A DNA stretch of 60,000 nucleotides. It comes from Lytechinus pictus (Eukaryota). The translations under genes were made by a program, and so were the position numbers. Within the stretch, counting starts at the first letter, position 1. Every line of letters starts with the position of its first letter. The stretch covers positions 18,044,001-18,104,000 of the forward strand of contig NC_087250.1 in NCBI RefSeq assembly GCF_037042905.1, given 5' to 3'. Below the pieces are notes generated by a model. The model had not been told where the DNA came from and searched no databases. It saw nothing but the letters and a program-made list of their open reading frames with translations. This document shows positions 27,301-42,300 of this stretch, in pieces.

Positions 27301-30300
27301 GCTGAATTTGCCAAAAAGCTTGGAGTTAAGCATAATACCATCTCTCCATACAACAGCAAAGCTAATGGCAAAGCAGAGTCTGCTGTCAAGACTGCAAAAA
27401 GAGTACTTACAAGATGCAATGATACTGGAGATGATGTTGATCTAGCCTTACTCAACATTCGCAACACCCCTACACAAGGTATCCAGAGTAGTCCAGTCCA
27501 GAGATTAATGGGTCGTCGGACTCGTACTCTCCTCCCCACTTCGACTCGGTTGCTTGCACCTGATCGCAACCCACAGGCTGATCTTGAGAGACTGAAAGAA
27601 AGCCAGAAACGTCAAGCAAAGTATTTCAACAGAGATACAAGAAAGTTGAAAGATCTCTCACTAGGAGCAATAGGAGGAGTCAAGCCATTCAACAATGACA
27701 AGAAGTGGAAGAAAGCAGTTATCCTTAAGAAACTGGATGACCGTTCCTATGAAGTTCGCTGTGAGGGCCAGGTTCTCAGAAGGAACAGAGAACACCTCAG
27801 AGCCACATCTGAACCACAAGATGTACATGACACTGGTCCTGCTCTTTACAACTGGAGACGTTCTGATGGTAATCCTCAACCTGATGTACCAACTACTGAG
27901 CGCCATACTTCCCACACCAGGACCCAGATATCACAGACCGCGGATATCAACAGTCCGGAGAAGTCGCGTGATGCAAACTTGAATACCTCAGAAATGGAAC
28001 CAACCAACCCAGCTTCCCTGAGACGATCTAGACGTCAGCGACGCGAACCGCTTAAGATGAGGGATTTTGTTACGTTTTGAACATTTAAACCGAAGAAGGA
28101 AAGAAAGTGAATGCTGAAATAAACAAACTGAACGCTAACATTTCTTAAACATTTTTTTTTTGCTTTAACTCAAGCAAATTTTGAAGTCAGAACTGAACCA
28201 ACAACCAACTCATCTATCAAATCGTTTATTTGGACTTATTTTTATTTTGTGAAATCAACCTGGACAATTTAACCTGGACTTTAAAATCATTTTGTTTGCA
28301 ACTGGAAGAACTGTTTTGAACTCAATTATTATTTTTTTTGCAAGTATTATAATTGTGCAACTACAAAAAATGTGAAAGTCTCATAAACTGGTTTTTTGGA
28401 CATATATTTTGGAAACATTTTACATACATTTAATTGTTTGGTTTAAAATTGATACTTTTTGTAATTATATACATTCTTTCTAGCACAAAGCTCAAAGAAG
28501 GGAGGATGTTACAATATCTGCATGTTTATGAGATTTGAGGAGCATGTAATGATCTTGCCAAAAGAGGGCGCTACAAACCTTTAGTACTTATTAAATGCTT
28601 CTCTCTCGACTATACAGAAGCTGTGTTATTCTGTTTGACTCTGACTCATAATATAACTTGAAACAATTTGATGCAAGATAAAAGAGAAATGCATAGAAAT
28701 ACGCCTCGGTCAATGAAGGGCCGTGCCGGGAATCGAACCCCGAACTTTCAATGTGTAGTCGGGCGGCTTAGACCACTCGGCCACGACACCACGCCGTTAA
28801 TAGTGAGAATGATTACGATCGATGCGACTTGTAATAACTTATTGTAATGATGATCTTAAAAATGTCAAATTTGATATTTTTTAAGTAGCATCAAGGTCAT
28901 TTTAAGAAAGAAAAAAAAGCCCCTATGCTTTACTGTTACCAATGATACGTTTATTGTCTTACTGCAATATCAGTCTTCATAGACTTACCCTTGATTGAGT
29001 CCCACACACGACAAACGATGTCTGGTTTCACCTGCTCTGGATTGACGACCAAAGAAGAGTGTGGTATAGTGATCTTAACAGGCTGGTTGAAGATCAAAGG
29101 TTGAGGGTCACACTTGATCCCATAACAGGCCATTGATTCTCCTTCAGTGATATCGACACCAGGATTGTCTCTTAGGATGGTTAGGGTGATCTGACAAGAA
29201 ACATCAGGTGGAACCGCTCCAGGAGGAAGGTACATTGATATTCCAAGGTCTTCTAGATTGATTTCCTGACTAGAATTTCTGTTGACTTTGACCGAGGCAT
29301 CAGAAGAGTTGGATAGCCGATCTGTGATACAAGGTGAACAACAAAGGTCATGGTACGAACAATATAGAAGAACAAAACTGTATTTTAGGCAATGAAATAG
29401 AACAATTAACAAACATTTTCACAATATACATGATCGATGTATAGGCCTATCAAAAGATGATATAAGCCTTGTGTTTTGATCTCGGCTATTCAAATTCAGT
29501 TCAAAATGGTTTATTTTTGGAATAAAAGAATCAATCGAGACATAAAGACGAATGACAAAAGTTTTGACAATTGTAGGTTAAAATCAATGAGGCAAGGCAT
29601 ATCGTACAGTATCACCAAACACAAAAGCACCAGTTATCACATAGCATAAGATGAACGATTACAGAACACTGACCATACGACAAGACGTCAGCGAACACAA
29701 TCAAGGAAAATAGCATTAAAAAATCTGCTAATATATAAACTACAAAGTTTTAGAATCAATATGATTCACAAGTATTCAGATATATGCAAAAAAATCAATG
29801 CTAAAATCAGAATATTGATTTCCAGATCTTAAAAAAGTATTAAGAATGGGAATGAATGGGAAGGTGACGCGAAAGGTGAAGTTAATAGGAATACGGGAAA
29901 TGAATAAGGGAAAATGTATTGAGAGATTTAATATAAAAGTACATAGGAGGTAAAGTATTATGAGAAATGTTAGGAAGAATAACGAGAGCGAAACGAAGAA
30001 TAAGAACAAAAAGAGAGGAAGTGGAAGGGCAAGAAGAATCAAAGATGGAAGAACATTACTATATTAAACGAGAGGAAACAGGTAATTGAATGAAAAGACG
30101 GAAAAATTGAAATACAAAGTTAATATACATATAGTGGGAATATAGGTACAAACCACTTGTTCCTAATTTTAATACCCCAGGTAAAAAAACCAGTTGAAAC
30201 CAGTTGAAATTTTAACTGGTTTCAACTGGAGTCAACTGGTACCAGTTGAAACCAATTGGCACAACTGGTAAACTCCCACCATGCCAGTATATTCCAGTTG

Positions 30301-33300
30301 AAACCCATTGTCTCAACTGGACATGCTGAAAACATACAAGTTTATTCCAGTTGAAACCAATTAACTATACTGGTATAAATTAGTACACCAGTTAATACCA
30401 GTTAAAACCAATAGGCCTTTCTGGTTTATCTACCAATAGATTCCAGTTTAAAACCCATTAGCCAAACTGGACCATTTGATGCCAGTTGGAACCCATAGAA
30501 ACCCAATGGGTGTATATACCAGTTAATGCCACCTTAAACCCATAAACCATACTGGTATATCATTAAACCAATTGATAATAATAATAATAATAATAATAGC
30601 GGTATATTTACCCAGGGTAGCCGCTTCAGTTCCGAAAACTGTTCTCCCAGCGGGCCCTGCTATTATTGATACCAGTTAGAACCAACATGCATTACTGGTG
30701 TACCTACCAGTTGATTCCAGTTAAAACCCATAAACCAAACTGGATCAGAGTGTTCCTGTTGGAACCCATAGACCTCCCATAACCCCACTTGAAACCCATT
30801 AACCATACTGGAATATCAAACCAATGGATACCAGTTAGAACCAATATAGGCATTACTGGCATATCTACCAGCTGATTCCAGTTAAAAGCCATAAACCATA
30901 CTGGAGCAGATTATACCAGTTGGAACCCATAGACCTCCCATAACCCACTTGAAACCCATTAACCATACTGGAATTTCAAACCAATTGATACCAGTTAAAC
31001 CAGCATACATTACTGGTATACTACCAGTTGATTCCAGTTAAAACCCATAAACCAAACTGGAACATATTTTACCAGTTGGAACCCATAGACCTCCCATAAC
31101 CCACTTGAAACCCATTAACCATACTGGAATATCAAACCAATTGATACCAGTTAAAATCAACATACATTACTGGTATACTACCAGTTGATTCCAGTTAAAA
31201 CCCATAAATCAATTAAACTGGGACATATTTTACCAGTTGGAACCCATAGACCTCCCATAACCCACTTGAAACCCATTTATCATACTGGAATATCAAACCA
31301 ATTGATACCAGTTAGAACCAATAGGCATTACCAGTATATATCTACCAGCTGATTTCAGTTAAAACCCATAAACCAAACTGGAACAGATTATACCAGTTGG
31401 AACCCATAGGCCACCCATAACCCACTTGAAACCCATTAACCATACTGGAATATCAAACCAAATGATACCAGTTAGAACCAATAGGACTTACCAGTTGATT
31501 CTAGTAAGAACCCGTATATACATATATAATATATACATATATATATATGTATATTAGAGGCATAGTGGTAATGCATTGTACTTATTTCCAACAGAGTTTA
31601 TATATATATATATATATTATATAAGAACTATGTTTTCATACCTTTGTTGTTTTATTTGTCGCTTCTCTTAAACTGACTTTTGAAATATTTTTGTAATTGT
31701 TGATATCTGCAGTAATCATTCAAATTTCTTATCCGACAAGTCACTGGCTCAATATAGCTGTAACCCACTTTACATTAATATTTATATTTTTTGTACAGAT
31801 CATATTACTTCAAAGTCCTCTTATCTTTGTTTTTAATTCCTTTTGAGATAATTCTTTATGATTATCATTCATGAATGTGTTTCCTATAACTATTATTATT
31901 GTTACCATCAACAAAGCGTTACTTTTCTTAAAAAAAAGCAAGTATTATTTCATACAATCCACTCTTTAATCTACATGTATTGTTATTCATTCAACATTGG
32001 TTAAATATATATTTATGTGAAAATGTTCATTATGTTAAAGGTATATACATTTAGCCTACTCCCAACCTTTGCCCGTTCCTGCTTTTGACATTACTCCCCC
32101 CCCCCTCCCTGTATACTTTTCTTTTTGTATCCCCTTTCCTATATTATACATTAGTATACTTTGTTATTTTTTTGTTGCTTATTTGTTTACTGAAATTTTG
32201 CTCTGTACAAATTCATGTAATTCAGCCTTTTACCACAATAAATGCCATGCATTTATCCATCCTATACACAGCTCGATTGAGGATAAGAGGAAAAAAATAT
32301 CTACATAATAACTAACTTAATTATTCTTTATGTTAATTTTAATATTTCCACCTTGAAAAGTTTCATTAAAGTATGTGGTTCGATATTACCATATAACTTA
32401 AATCGAAACATGTTATTCTCAGTGAAATTTTCTAGTTTACATTAAAAAAATTGTTATTCTAGATATTTGTTGCGAGAAAAAAATTTCTTCCTATTTAATC
32501 CCTTTTTTCTAATTTAAGTTAAAGAGGACTATTTTACACTATTTTTACAAATCACATAAAAATTAATGTATTTTTCTTTTTTTAACTCACTGATATTTTA
32601 AAAATATTTTTGAAGGTGAATAGAATTGCTATTTTTTTCTATTTATAACGCGCATATTTATTGCTAGTTTACAACCTTGCCATGTTAAGCAAGGCTATCT
32701 TTATCTTTCAAATAAAAAGAAAATAAATAAAATAGAAATAAAGAACAAATATTAAGCTAATTCATTCTTAAACTTTCAAAGAAAAAAAAAAGCTCCAAAA
32801 GCAGAGGCAAAAATCGTCTTTTCTTGACTGGTTGCCAACCAAAACCAAACAAGAAGAAATTTGTATGTTAATTAAGAAGTTCGTATTTCTATTTTAAAAC
32901 TTCTTTCTTGCTTTAGACCCCCCCCCCCCCTTCGTTATTCCTGACTCAGCAGATCTTCCTTCAATCACCGGGCGCGGGCGGGCCTGCGCATGCGCACTGA
33001 GTGCCACTGATCGCTATCGTCCGTATAATTATGCAAATTAACCAGCGCCGCCAAACGCAAACCGCCAATCTAATTTGAATTTGAAAGAGCCATCTTCGCC
33101 TCGCCGTTAATTTGCACCGCACTTTTATCGAGTGCTAGTGCGATAAAGAAGGGTAAAGAAGGCCGTTTTAATAATAATTCAACCACTGAAATCACACGGA
33201 CCAGATTTGGACAATGACTTGAAAGCTAAGACATTCGCAGTAGGCTCTACAGGTAAGTTAACAATTTTCTATGATTTTCTTTTCGTAGTTTGTTAAATGG

Positions 33301-36300
33301 CGCGGCTCGCAGCTAGCTGCGGGGCTAGCTGTAACGTTAGAGTTCGTCAGGACATCCTGTTACTGCCCCTCAGCGCTGCCTGCCGGCCGCGACTAGCCGG
33401 GCGTGGATGTGTGGCTGCCATGCCGGTGCAAGTCTGCGCACATACATCATATTGACCTTACGATTTGTGTTAAGATTTAACATGAATTTCTTTTTATTTC
33501 ACAAAATCTTTCAGTTGATATTGTTCCATATATTGTTATAAGTAAATGAGAGAGATATGTGATCGAATGTGAAACCGATTTTCTTGGTCTTGGAAAAAAT
33601 CTGAGACTCAGCCAGTTATGATTTTCAATTTCAGATTTAACATTATGATAGTGGCCAGCGCCTCGTGTCTGCGCACCAATCACTATACACACGATTTGAG
33701 GATTTTGATGAGATTTTGAAATGCCGAAAATCGAAATTCTTTATTTTTTCCACCATTTTAAGAGTCTGATTTTTTCATGAATAGGCCTAGCTGTTTATCA
33801 CTTTTTGACTGTGTATTTCAGGAGAGAGGGAGACCCAAAACCACCTGGAGTCATACTGAGCCTCGAGGAGGAGATGAAGTCAGTGAACATGACCTGGGGT
33901 ACCGGTAGTTTCCAGAAGAAGGCCCAGCTCAAAACCGCCAGGACTCGGGAGTGGAGATCCGAATACTTCGTTGCTGCCCTCCATATGAGGAGGCTGTAAG
34001 TTAGGTAATTCAGATGTCAAGTTTTCTTTTGGGGTCTTTGTGTATCCTCTATTATGAGAATTATGGAAAAGAGATGGTGATTTAATGGTTTTAAAGATGT
34101 AAAATATGAAATTCTAGCACTTTTTTTAGGCCTAATATGAGTTCGGACACCCTACTTATAATTTTTTTTTGAGGAGCGCGATATTTTTGTACATGACCCA
34201 AGCCTAGTTTCACCACAGATTAATTAATAGCTACACAGCTGTTGCATTTACAATTTTAATAACAATCTACAACAATTGAGCATTTTATAAAATTGAGTGT
34301 GTCTAGGAAAGCAAATTCGGAGGCATAAGGAGAGCCATTTATTGAGCTCCATGGAATTATAAACATGAAGGACTGATCTCTGCGACATCGATTTCAGAAG
34401 TATTCCCAAGACCAAGTGAACTTACTCATTTTTTAAATAAATATGATGATGTGCTGTTTATCATTATAGTTGAATCATTGATTCACAATCCCATGTATTT
34501 TTCTTAATGTGCAAATGGAATTTTACAACACTCTGTAGTAACCCTTGCCCGCCTTAGGTGTAGACATGTATTGCTATTCACTGTAATATAGACGTATTTT
34601 TATTCACTGTTCACTGTACTGATTATTTTTCTCTCCATTGTTTTAAAAAAATTATTCAGATACATCGCATCTACCAGCAAAGAACGTGTGCCAGTACAGG
34701 GAAGGAATGTACCTGTCGCACGTGAACTCTTCAGAGGCAGTGAGGACAACAAGATCTGCAAGCAAGTGATCCTTTTTGTAAGAAAATTTCCAATTTGTAC
34801 ATTTCACAATTAATTTTTTTTTAAGCCTTTGTACACATTTAGAGTATCAAGGCTTACAATATGTAAAAATTAAATGTTTGCCCAAAAATCATTATGGGAA
34901 AGGTGGATTTCCAAGGAAAAATCAAATCTATCTTTGTTTACACAGTTGTACGAGCAACCTTATAGGAGGCTTGTCTAGGCTCCGTGATGAAAATACAATG
35001 TAAAAATTGATTCACAATCCCATGTATTTTTCTTAAAGTGCAAATGGAATTTTACAACACTCTGTAGTAACCCTTGCCCGCCTTAGGTGTAGACATGTAT
35101 TGCTATTCACTGTAATATATACGTATTTGTTATTCGCTGTTGTTCACTGTACTGATTATTTTTCTCTCCATTGTTTTTGAAAAAAATTCTTCAGATACAT
35201 CGCATCTACCAGCAAAGAATGTGTGCCAGTACAGGGAAGGAATGTACCTGTCGCACGTGAACTCTTCAGAGGCAGTGAGGACAACAAGATCTGCAAGCAA
35301 GTGATCCTTTTTGTAAGAAAATTTCCAATTTGTACATTTCACAATTAATTTTTTTTTAAGCCTTTGTACACATTTAGAGTATCAAGGCTTACAATATGTA
35401 AAAATTAAATGTTTGCCCAAAAATCATTATGGGAAAGGTGGATTTCCAAGGAAAAATCAAATCTATCTTTGTTTACACAGTTGTACGAGCAACCTTATAG
35501 GAGGCTTGTCTAGGCTCCGTGATGAAAATACAATGTAAAAATGATAAAATTATCTTCATGGAGTCCTCTAGGCTAGCCAGTGACATGGGCCCAGGCCCAT
35601 CAATTTTAATTCATGCTTTTGCATAACCAAATGGCGTGAATTTGGAACTGGAAGTATAATTTCAGATTGACCTCCGAAATGAAACGTGCACAATTAGTCT
35701 GAACTAAAATAACATTTCCTGAATTTTTTCTTAAATCTGGAGGCTGAAGTATTTTTTATCTTTGAAATTAAATTGGTTCTCGTTGTTTTTTACCTCTGAC
35801 TTACCAGTATGTGTGGGGGTACCGTAGAAGTAGAATTAAAGGGATGGTCCAGGCTGGAAACATATCTCAATAAATAGAGTAAAATTCACAGAGCAAAATG
35901 CTGAAAACTTGATCAAAATTTGATAATTAATTAAGGTTTTGAATTTTAAAGATTTGCATTATTCCGGTGAAATAGTTCTAGGCATGTCTTTATGAATATT
36001 CATTAGGTTGGCTGATGATGTCATATCCCAATTGCCCTTTTGTATTTTATTATATGAGATTAGGTTTATTAAGATATTTTTAACCAAGAACTATTGACAA
36101 TTGGATTGACAACTGATTAGGTGCATTAGTTATTGACGCAACTTATTTCATTACAATGGAGACGCATCATTTACACATGTATGAAAAAATCAAACATTTA
36201 TGATTTCATCTAGTAACATAAAAAAAAGGAAAGTGGAGATGTGACATCAGCCCACCTAATGAATATTCATGACGAAGTGCATACAACTGTTTTCACAAAA

Positions 36301-39300
36301 TATTGATAAACTTTAAAATTCAATAACTTCTTGTTATCCTATTTTGATGAAATTTTCATCATTTTGCTCTGTGAATTTTACTCAAGTATTATTTAGATGT
36401 AAATATTTTCGGCCCGGACCATCCCTTTAATCCTCTGATAAAATTTTGTATTTCATTTTTTTTTTTTGCTTTGTCTTGCGTTTTTAAACATGTTCTGGGA
36501 ACTGCTTTTTGAAAGTTGTCAGCATTAACAAGTTGTCTTTTTCCGACAGTTACCATAGTAACAGTCAGAGGCCAGTGCTTCTCAGCCAATCAAAAGCAAT
36601 GATTTCACTGAAATAGTCGGCACTGACAATCATGAAATACCCATCAGATGTTAGCAGATAATGTGCAACATAGACTCCTAGATACATATATGCAAACATA
36701 CATAGTCTAAGTCTTTATTATTAAAATAAATGTATAGGTATAAGGTCGAGGCAATTTTATCTCTGCGATGTCAATTTCAGAAGTATTCCCAAGACCATGT
36801 GAACTTACTATACATGTTGTAATAAAAATGATGATGTGCTGTCTATCATTTATAATTGAATCATTGAAATATGGAACTTAGAGAAGTTTCACTATCCCAT
36901 GTATTTTCTTTATGTGCAGATATAATTTTACACCACTGAAATTTTGTATTACGGTATTCACTGTACTTATTATTTTTCATTCCATTGTTTTTTTTTTCTA
37001 ATCTTCAGATACATCGCATCTACCAGCAAAGATCAAGTGCCACTACAGGAAAGGAAGGTACCTGTTTCACGTTTCCTCTTCAGAGCCAGTGAGGGCCCCA
37101 AGATCTCAATAAATAATAATTAAAAAAAGACTCCTTTATCATTCCTTTAAAAATAGTACATATTATTTATTGAAGGTAAATGCTTAGATGCATTATATTC
37201 AAATTTTGTCTCCAAGCTAGCATGTAAAAATTGGATTGACTACATATTTACTGTGTAAGTTAATGATCTTTGTTGACACATAATACAAGAATTATACACA
37301 GCATGTTACAGTTTGTAACATAATTTTCTTTCATTAAATTCCTAGTTTAAATACCATATAGATGTTTTTTGTGACTTTTGTCATTCTCTGATGTTTTTTG
37401 GTACAGATTTCAAGAGACTGAGGGATTGATTTACCAGAGCAAGTTTACAGTCCAATCCTGTTATATTGTGCATGTGGAAATTAACAAGGTTTCAATACAA
37501 TGCTACAAATTTACCTTGATTCATTTCATCAGTCCTATGTGCAAGGATAATTATTTCACTTGTCCATGCACATTGTTATAACAGGAGTGGACATTCAATG
37601 TAAAGATTATTGAAGATAATTTATAATTGAAATAACCGCCTGAGAGGGTGGGGGGGTGTGTTGGTACCAATATTATAATGTGTGTGTGCGCAAGGAAAAC
37701 GAAGGAGTGATTATATGAGAAGAGTAAAAGATCGGGAATGTACATATCCACATGATTCATTTTTGTTTATGCTATACATTGCAGGGTGTTTCTAACTGGT
37801 ACCACTTGACAATTTATGTTTCCAACTGGTCCTAACTGGTGCTTCCAACTTGTTCTAACTGGCACCAGTTGACAACTGGTGTTTCCAACTGGTTTTAACT
37901 GGCACCAGTTGACAACTCATGTTTCCAACTGGTCCTAACTGGCACCAGTTGACAATTGGTGTTTCCAACTGGTTTTAACTGGCACCAGTTGACACCTCAT
38001 GTTTCCAACTGGTCCTAACTGGCACCAGTTGACAATTTGTGTTTCCAACTGGTTTTAACTGGCACCAGTTGACAACTCATGTTTCCAACTGGTCCTAACT
38101 GGCACCAGTTTACAATTGGTGTTTCCAACTGGTTTTAACTGGCACCAGTTGACAACTCATGTTTCCAACTGGTCCTAACTGGTACCAGTTAGGACCAGTT
38201 GTCAACTGGTACCAGTTGCTAACTGGTACCAGTTAGGACCAGTTGCCAACTGGTATTTCCAACTGGTACCAGTTACAATTTGTCAACTGGATTCCAGTTG
38301 AATCCAGTTGATTCCAGTATTCCAATTTCCATATTGAATCCAGTTCGCTAACTGGAATCAACTGGTACCAGTACCAGTTGGATGAACTGGTCCTTAACTG
38401 GTTTTTTGACCTGGGACACATTACAGTGCTATGTTTTTCGATGGACGGTCAGTAATAATAAATTGCAGTCATGTACGAAGACTTTGGTGACGATTTCGTG
38501 TTTTATTCAATGCTCTTACCTTTAGTAAACTGTACATCATCCAAGGAAGGTAATCTACAGTAAGCAATTAATACAAAATCATTGAACATCTAACATCAAA
38601 TTGCGCAGTAATTACAATTACTATATGAACTGCATTACAATCATTTAGAATATTCAAAAGAAAACCGTAATTTTTGATGGACTTCTGATAAAAATACATC
38701 AATGAAATGTATTCACATATTGTGCGCCTCTTTAAATTGCAAACTATGTGTTTTTAAGCTACACGAACTAATTAAACCCAGTGAATATTGAAAGGACAAC
38801 ATTCCAACAGAAAGACAGTTTGAATGATATAAGATAAACTCCACACGAGCATAACACTGAATATTTAATCAAAATCGGGTTTGAAATAAGGTTTTCTCTT
38901 TTAAAGTTTCGCTCGATTAAAAAATATCATTTGTACAATATGCACATTCTGGTCGGTATGCAAAAGAGAGGACTGATGATGTCACCCACTTGCTATTTCC
39001 TTTGTATTTCATTATATAAAATATTCCAGATTTTCTCCTTATTCTCATATGAAGAGAGGTTTCATTCCACCCCGAGCATGTGGTATTACCATTGCTTTAA
39101 CAATTTTATGGTTCAGTTAAGATGGTGCTCATTGTCAAATCTGTAAAATTGAAATATTACACATTTCAAACAAAAAAAATATATAAAAGGAAGCGTTAAG
39201 GACATCATCGACTCTTTCATTTACATGTCACTGATTTGTGCATATAACTTTTTTTTTATGAAAAATAAGCAAATCTTCAAAATATCATATAATTTTACAT

Positions 39301-42300
39301 TCGATTGTGATGAAATTTCCAATGTTGTGGTTGATTGATTTTTTTTCTGGGGTGGACTTGATCTTTGAAATGAAAATACATGTACTACAGAACCCGTTTG
39401 TACCGGAAATTTAGTTTAAACAAAATAATTGTTCACCTTGCCAATATCATCTGTCTGATCATTTCATCCTTTGCATAGTGGATTGGTAGGCAATCTGCTT
39501 CATCCTTAATATCAATCCTGGCTCCATGTTCCAAGAGATAGAACACCAATGCCTTCTCAGGAGATAACCTGCCACTGTAGTATTTTTCGGATACCTGCAA
39601 CGGATGAATAACTTAGTTTGTGTGGTAATTATACATACAACCTTCAAATACCGATTTTTGAAAGGCTCAACGAAAATAAAAAATCATTGTATGAATTAAA
39701 TATTAACTTTCTCACAAATTTAATAAAGTGAAAATAGTCTTATATGCTTTTTCATTATATCTTAATTGAATGTTATGCATCGTATTGCAATTAGCAGTGG
39801 ATGCCGAAAATGCCATGATGATCAGTTGACTTAAATGTTTTAAAATCCAAGTGTGCACTGAAAATTGAGGCAAATGTATTTTACAAGACTAACCTTTCTG
39901 AGTGTTTCGGTGCCTTCAACATTCTGTTTCTTTTGGTAGCATAATTTGATAGCTTTATGAAGACATGTCTGACCGTCATTAGACTGTACATTGATATCAG
40001 ATCCTTTAGCAATCATCCTTTCAATGATGGATGTAAGTCCGTACATCACAGCTAGATGGATGGCCACTGAATCATTCTGGATTGACAAAATTATATAAAC
40101 GTAGTAGGAAAATTAGCATTCCTGTGAATGGTATTAGAAGCAGCATCAGTAAAATATTCGTCGTATATAAGATTGTATTAAACTTAAATTGTGAACTCTA
40201 TATGGATGATAATCAATGACCTTTGTTTTTCTTCAAGAGTTTTACTGCATTTGATATATTCGATCAGCTGAGGGACATGCATGTCTGCAGGTATTAATTA
40301 AATTGTTAATATAGTTTAAAGCCAGGCTTTTAAAGTTGTAATATGAAAGAGAGAAGAAGAATGATTAAACTTTTTTTTTCAAATTTGTATCAGTACTTTC
40401 GGTAAAATTTCCATGGGCGGTATTCTGAAAATTGTGTTAACTGTGGTGTGTTTGTGCTAACACGGTTTTCAGAATACCGCCCCAGGGTGTATGCATGACC
40501 TACCTTAGCATTCAACTTGTCGATAAGCAGACCAGCAATGTCTCTATGCCCAAGGGTAATCGATTGATGTAAGGGTGTTTGGCCGCGAATGTCTTCTGTG
40601 TCACTAAGTGCTCCACCTGTAAGCAGGAATTTAACAACGTTAATGTAACCATGCTGAACAGCGATGTGTAATGATGTTCTCCCTTCATTGTCTGCTTTAT
40701 TCACCTCCAGGGAGTCACCTTTTGAGAGCAATGCGTGTTGATCTTCTGCGTTTCGATTTACCTCACCTGTAAATTTGAGCAGATATTCGATGACGCCAAA
40801 ACTGCAATTTGTTGCAGCACAGTGCAACACAGTCCAGCCATTGGCTGTTCTCTTATTCACATCTGCTCCTTGGCTGATAAGGTATTTGATGACGTCATAA
40901 TGAGCATTCTCAACAGCATAGTGTAATGCAGCCCGACTATCATTATCCTCCTTATTGACCTCAGCTCTCTCACTGATCAGATATTTGATGACGTCAATAT
41001 GACCATTCTCACCAGCACGGTGTAATGCAGCCAAACCATCATTATCCTCCTTATTGACCTCAGCTCCCTCACTGATCAGATATTTGATGACGTCAATATG
41101 ACCCTTCTCAGCAGCACGGTGTAATGCAGTCCCACCACCATTATCCTCCTTATTGATCTCAGCTCCTTCACTGATCAGATATTTGATGACGTCAATATGA
41201 TCACTGTTGGCAGCACATTGTAATGCAGTCCCACCATCACTATCCTCCTTATTGACCTCAGCTCCCTCACTGATCAGATATTTGATGACGTCAATATGAC
41301 CATTCTCAGCAGCACGGTGTAATGCAGTCCATCCATCATTATCCTCCTTATTGACATCAGCTCCCTCACTGATCAGATATTTGATGACGTCAATATGACC
41401 ATTCTCAGCAGCACGGTGTAATGCAGTCCATCCATCATTATCCTCCTTATTGACCTCAGCTCCCTCACTGATCAGATATTTGATGACGTCAATATGACCA
41501 TTCTCAGCAGCACGGTGTAATGCAGTCAAACCATCACTATCCTCCTTTTTGACCTCAGATCCCTCACTGATCAGATATTTGATGACGTCAATATGACCTT
41601 TCTCAGCAGCACGGTGTAATGCAGTCCCACCACCATTATCCTCCTTTTTGACATCAGCTCCCCCACTAATCAGATATTTGATGATGTCAATATAACCATT
41701 GTTAGCAGCACGGTGTAATGCAGTCAAACCATCATTATCCTCCTTATTGACCTCAGCTCCCTCACTGATCAGATATTTGATGACGTCAATATGACCGCCC
41801 CAAGCAGCACAGTGAAATGCAGTCAAACCATCACTATCCTCCTTTTTGACCTCAGCTCCCTCACTAATCAGATATTTGATGATGTCAATATAACCATTGT
41901 TAGCAGCACGGTGTAATGCAGTCAAACCATCATTATCCTCCTTATTGACCTCAGCTCCCTCACTGATCAGATATTTGATGACGTCAATATGACCGCCCCA
42001 AGCAGCACAGTGAAATGCAGTCCCACCACGATTATCCTCCTTATTGACCTCAGCTCCCTCACTGATCAGATACTTGATGACGTCAATATGACCATTCTCA
42101 GCAGCACGGTGTAATGCAGTCTTACCACCATTATCCTCCTTATTGGCCTCAGCTCCCTCACTGATCAGATATTTGATGACGTCAATATGACCATTCTCAG
42201 CAGCACGGTGTAATGCAGCCAAACCATCATTATCCTCCTTATTGACCTCAGCTCCCTCACTGATCAGATATTTGATGACGTCAATATGACCATTCTCACA

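Larger units (their letters stand above)
23478..28665 (+). mobile_element. Ty3/Gypsy LTR retrotransposon (Mag-like), decayed, antisense in an intron
   Basis: Paired LTRs, PBS tgatggcagcggt at 23765-23777 (tRNA-Leu-like), PPT aaagaagggagga, TSD atctg/atttg. Confidence 0.93.
30176..38415. mobile_element. 8.2-kb CACTA/EnSpm-like non-autonomous element
   Basis: TIR cccaggt(a/c)aaaaaaccagtt, 2-bp TSD ac, long subterminal CCAGTT arrays at both ends; no transposase found. Confidence 0.8.

Noticed and set aside
37790..38400. CRISPR-like array
   Set aside because: No unique spacers, eukaryotic context, and it is the subterminal repeat of a TIR element.
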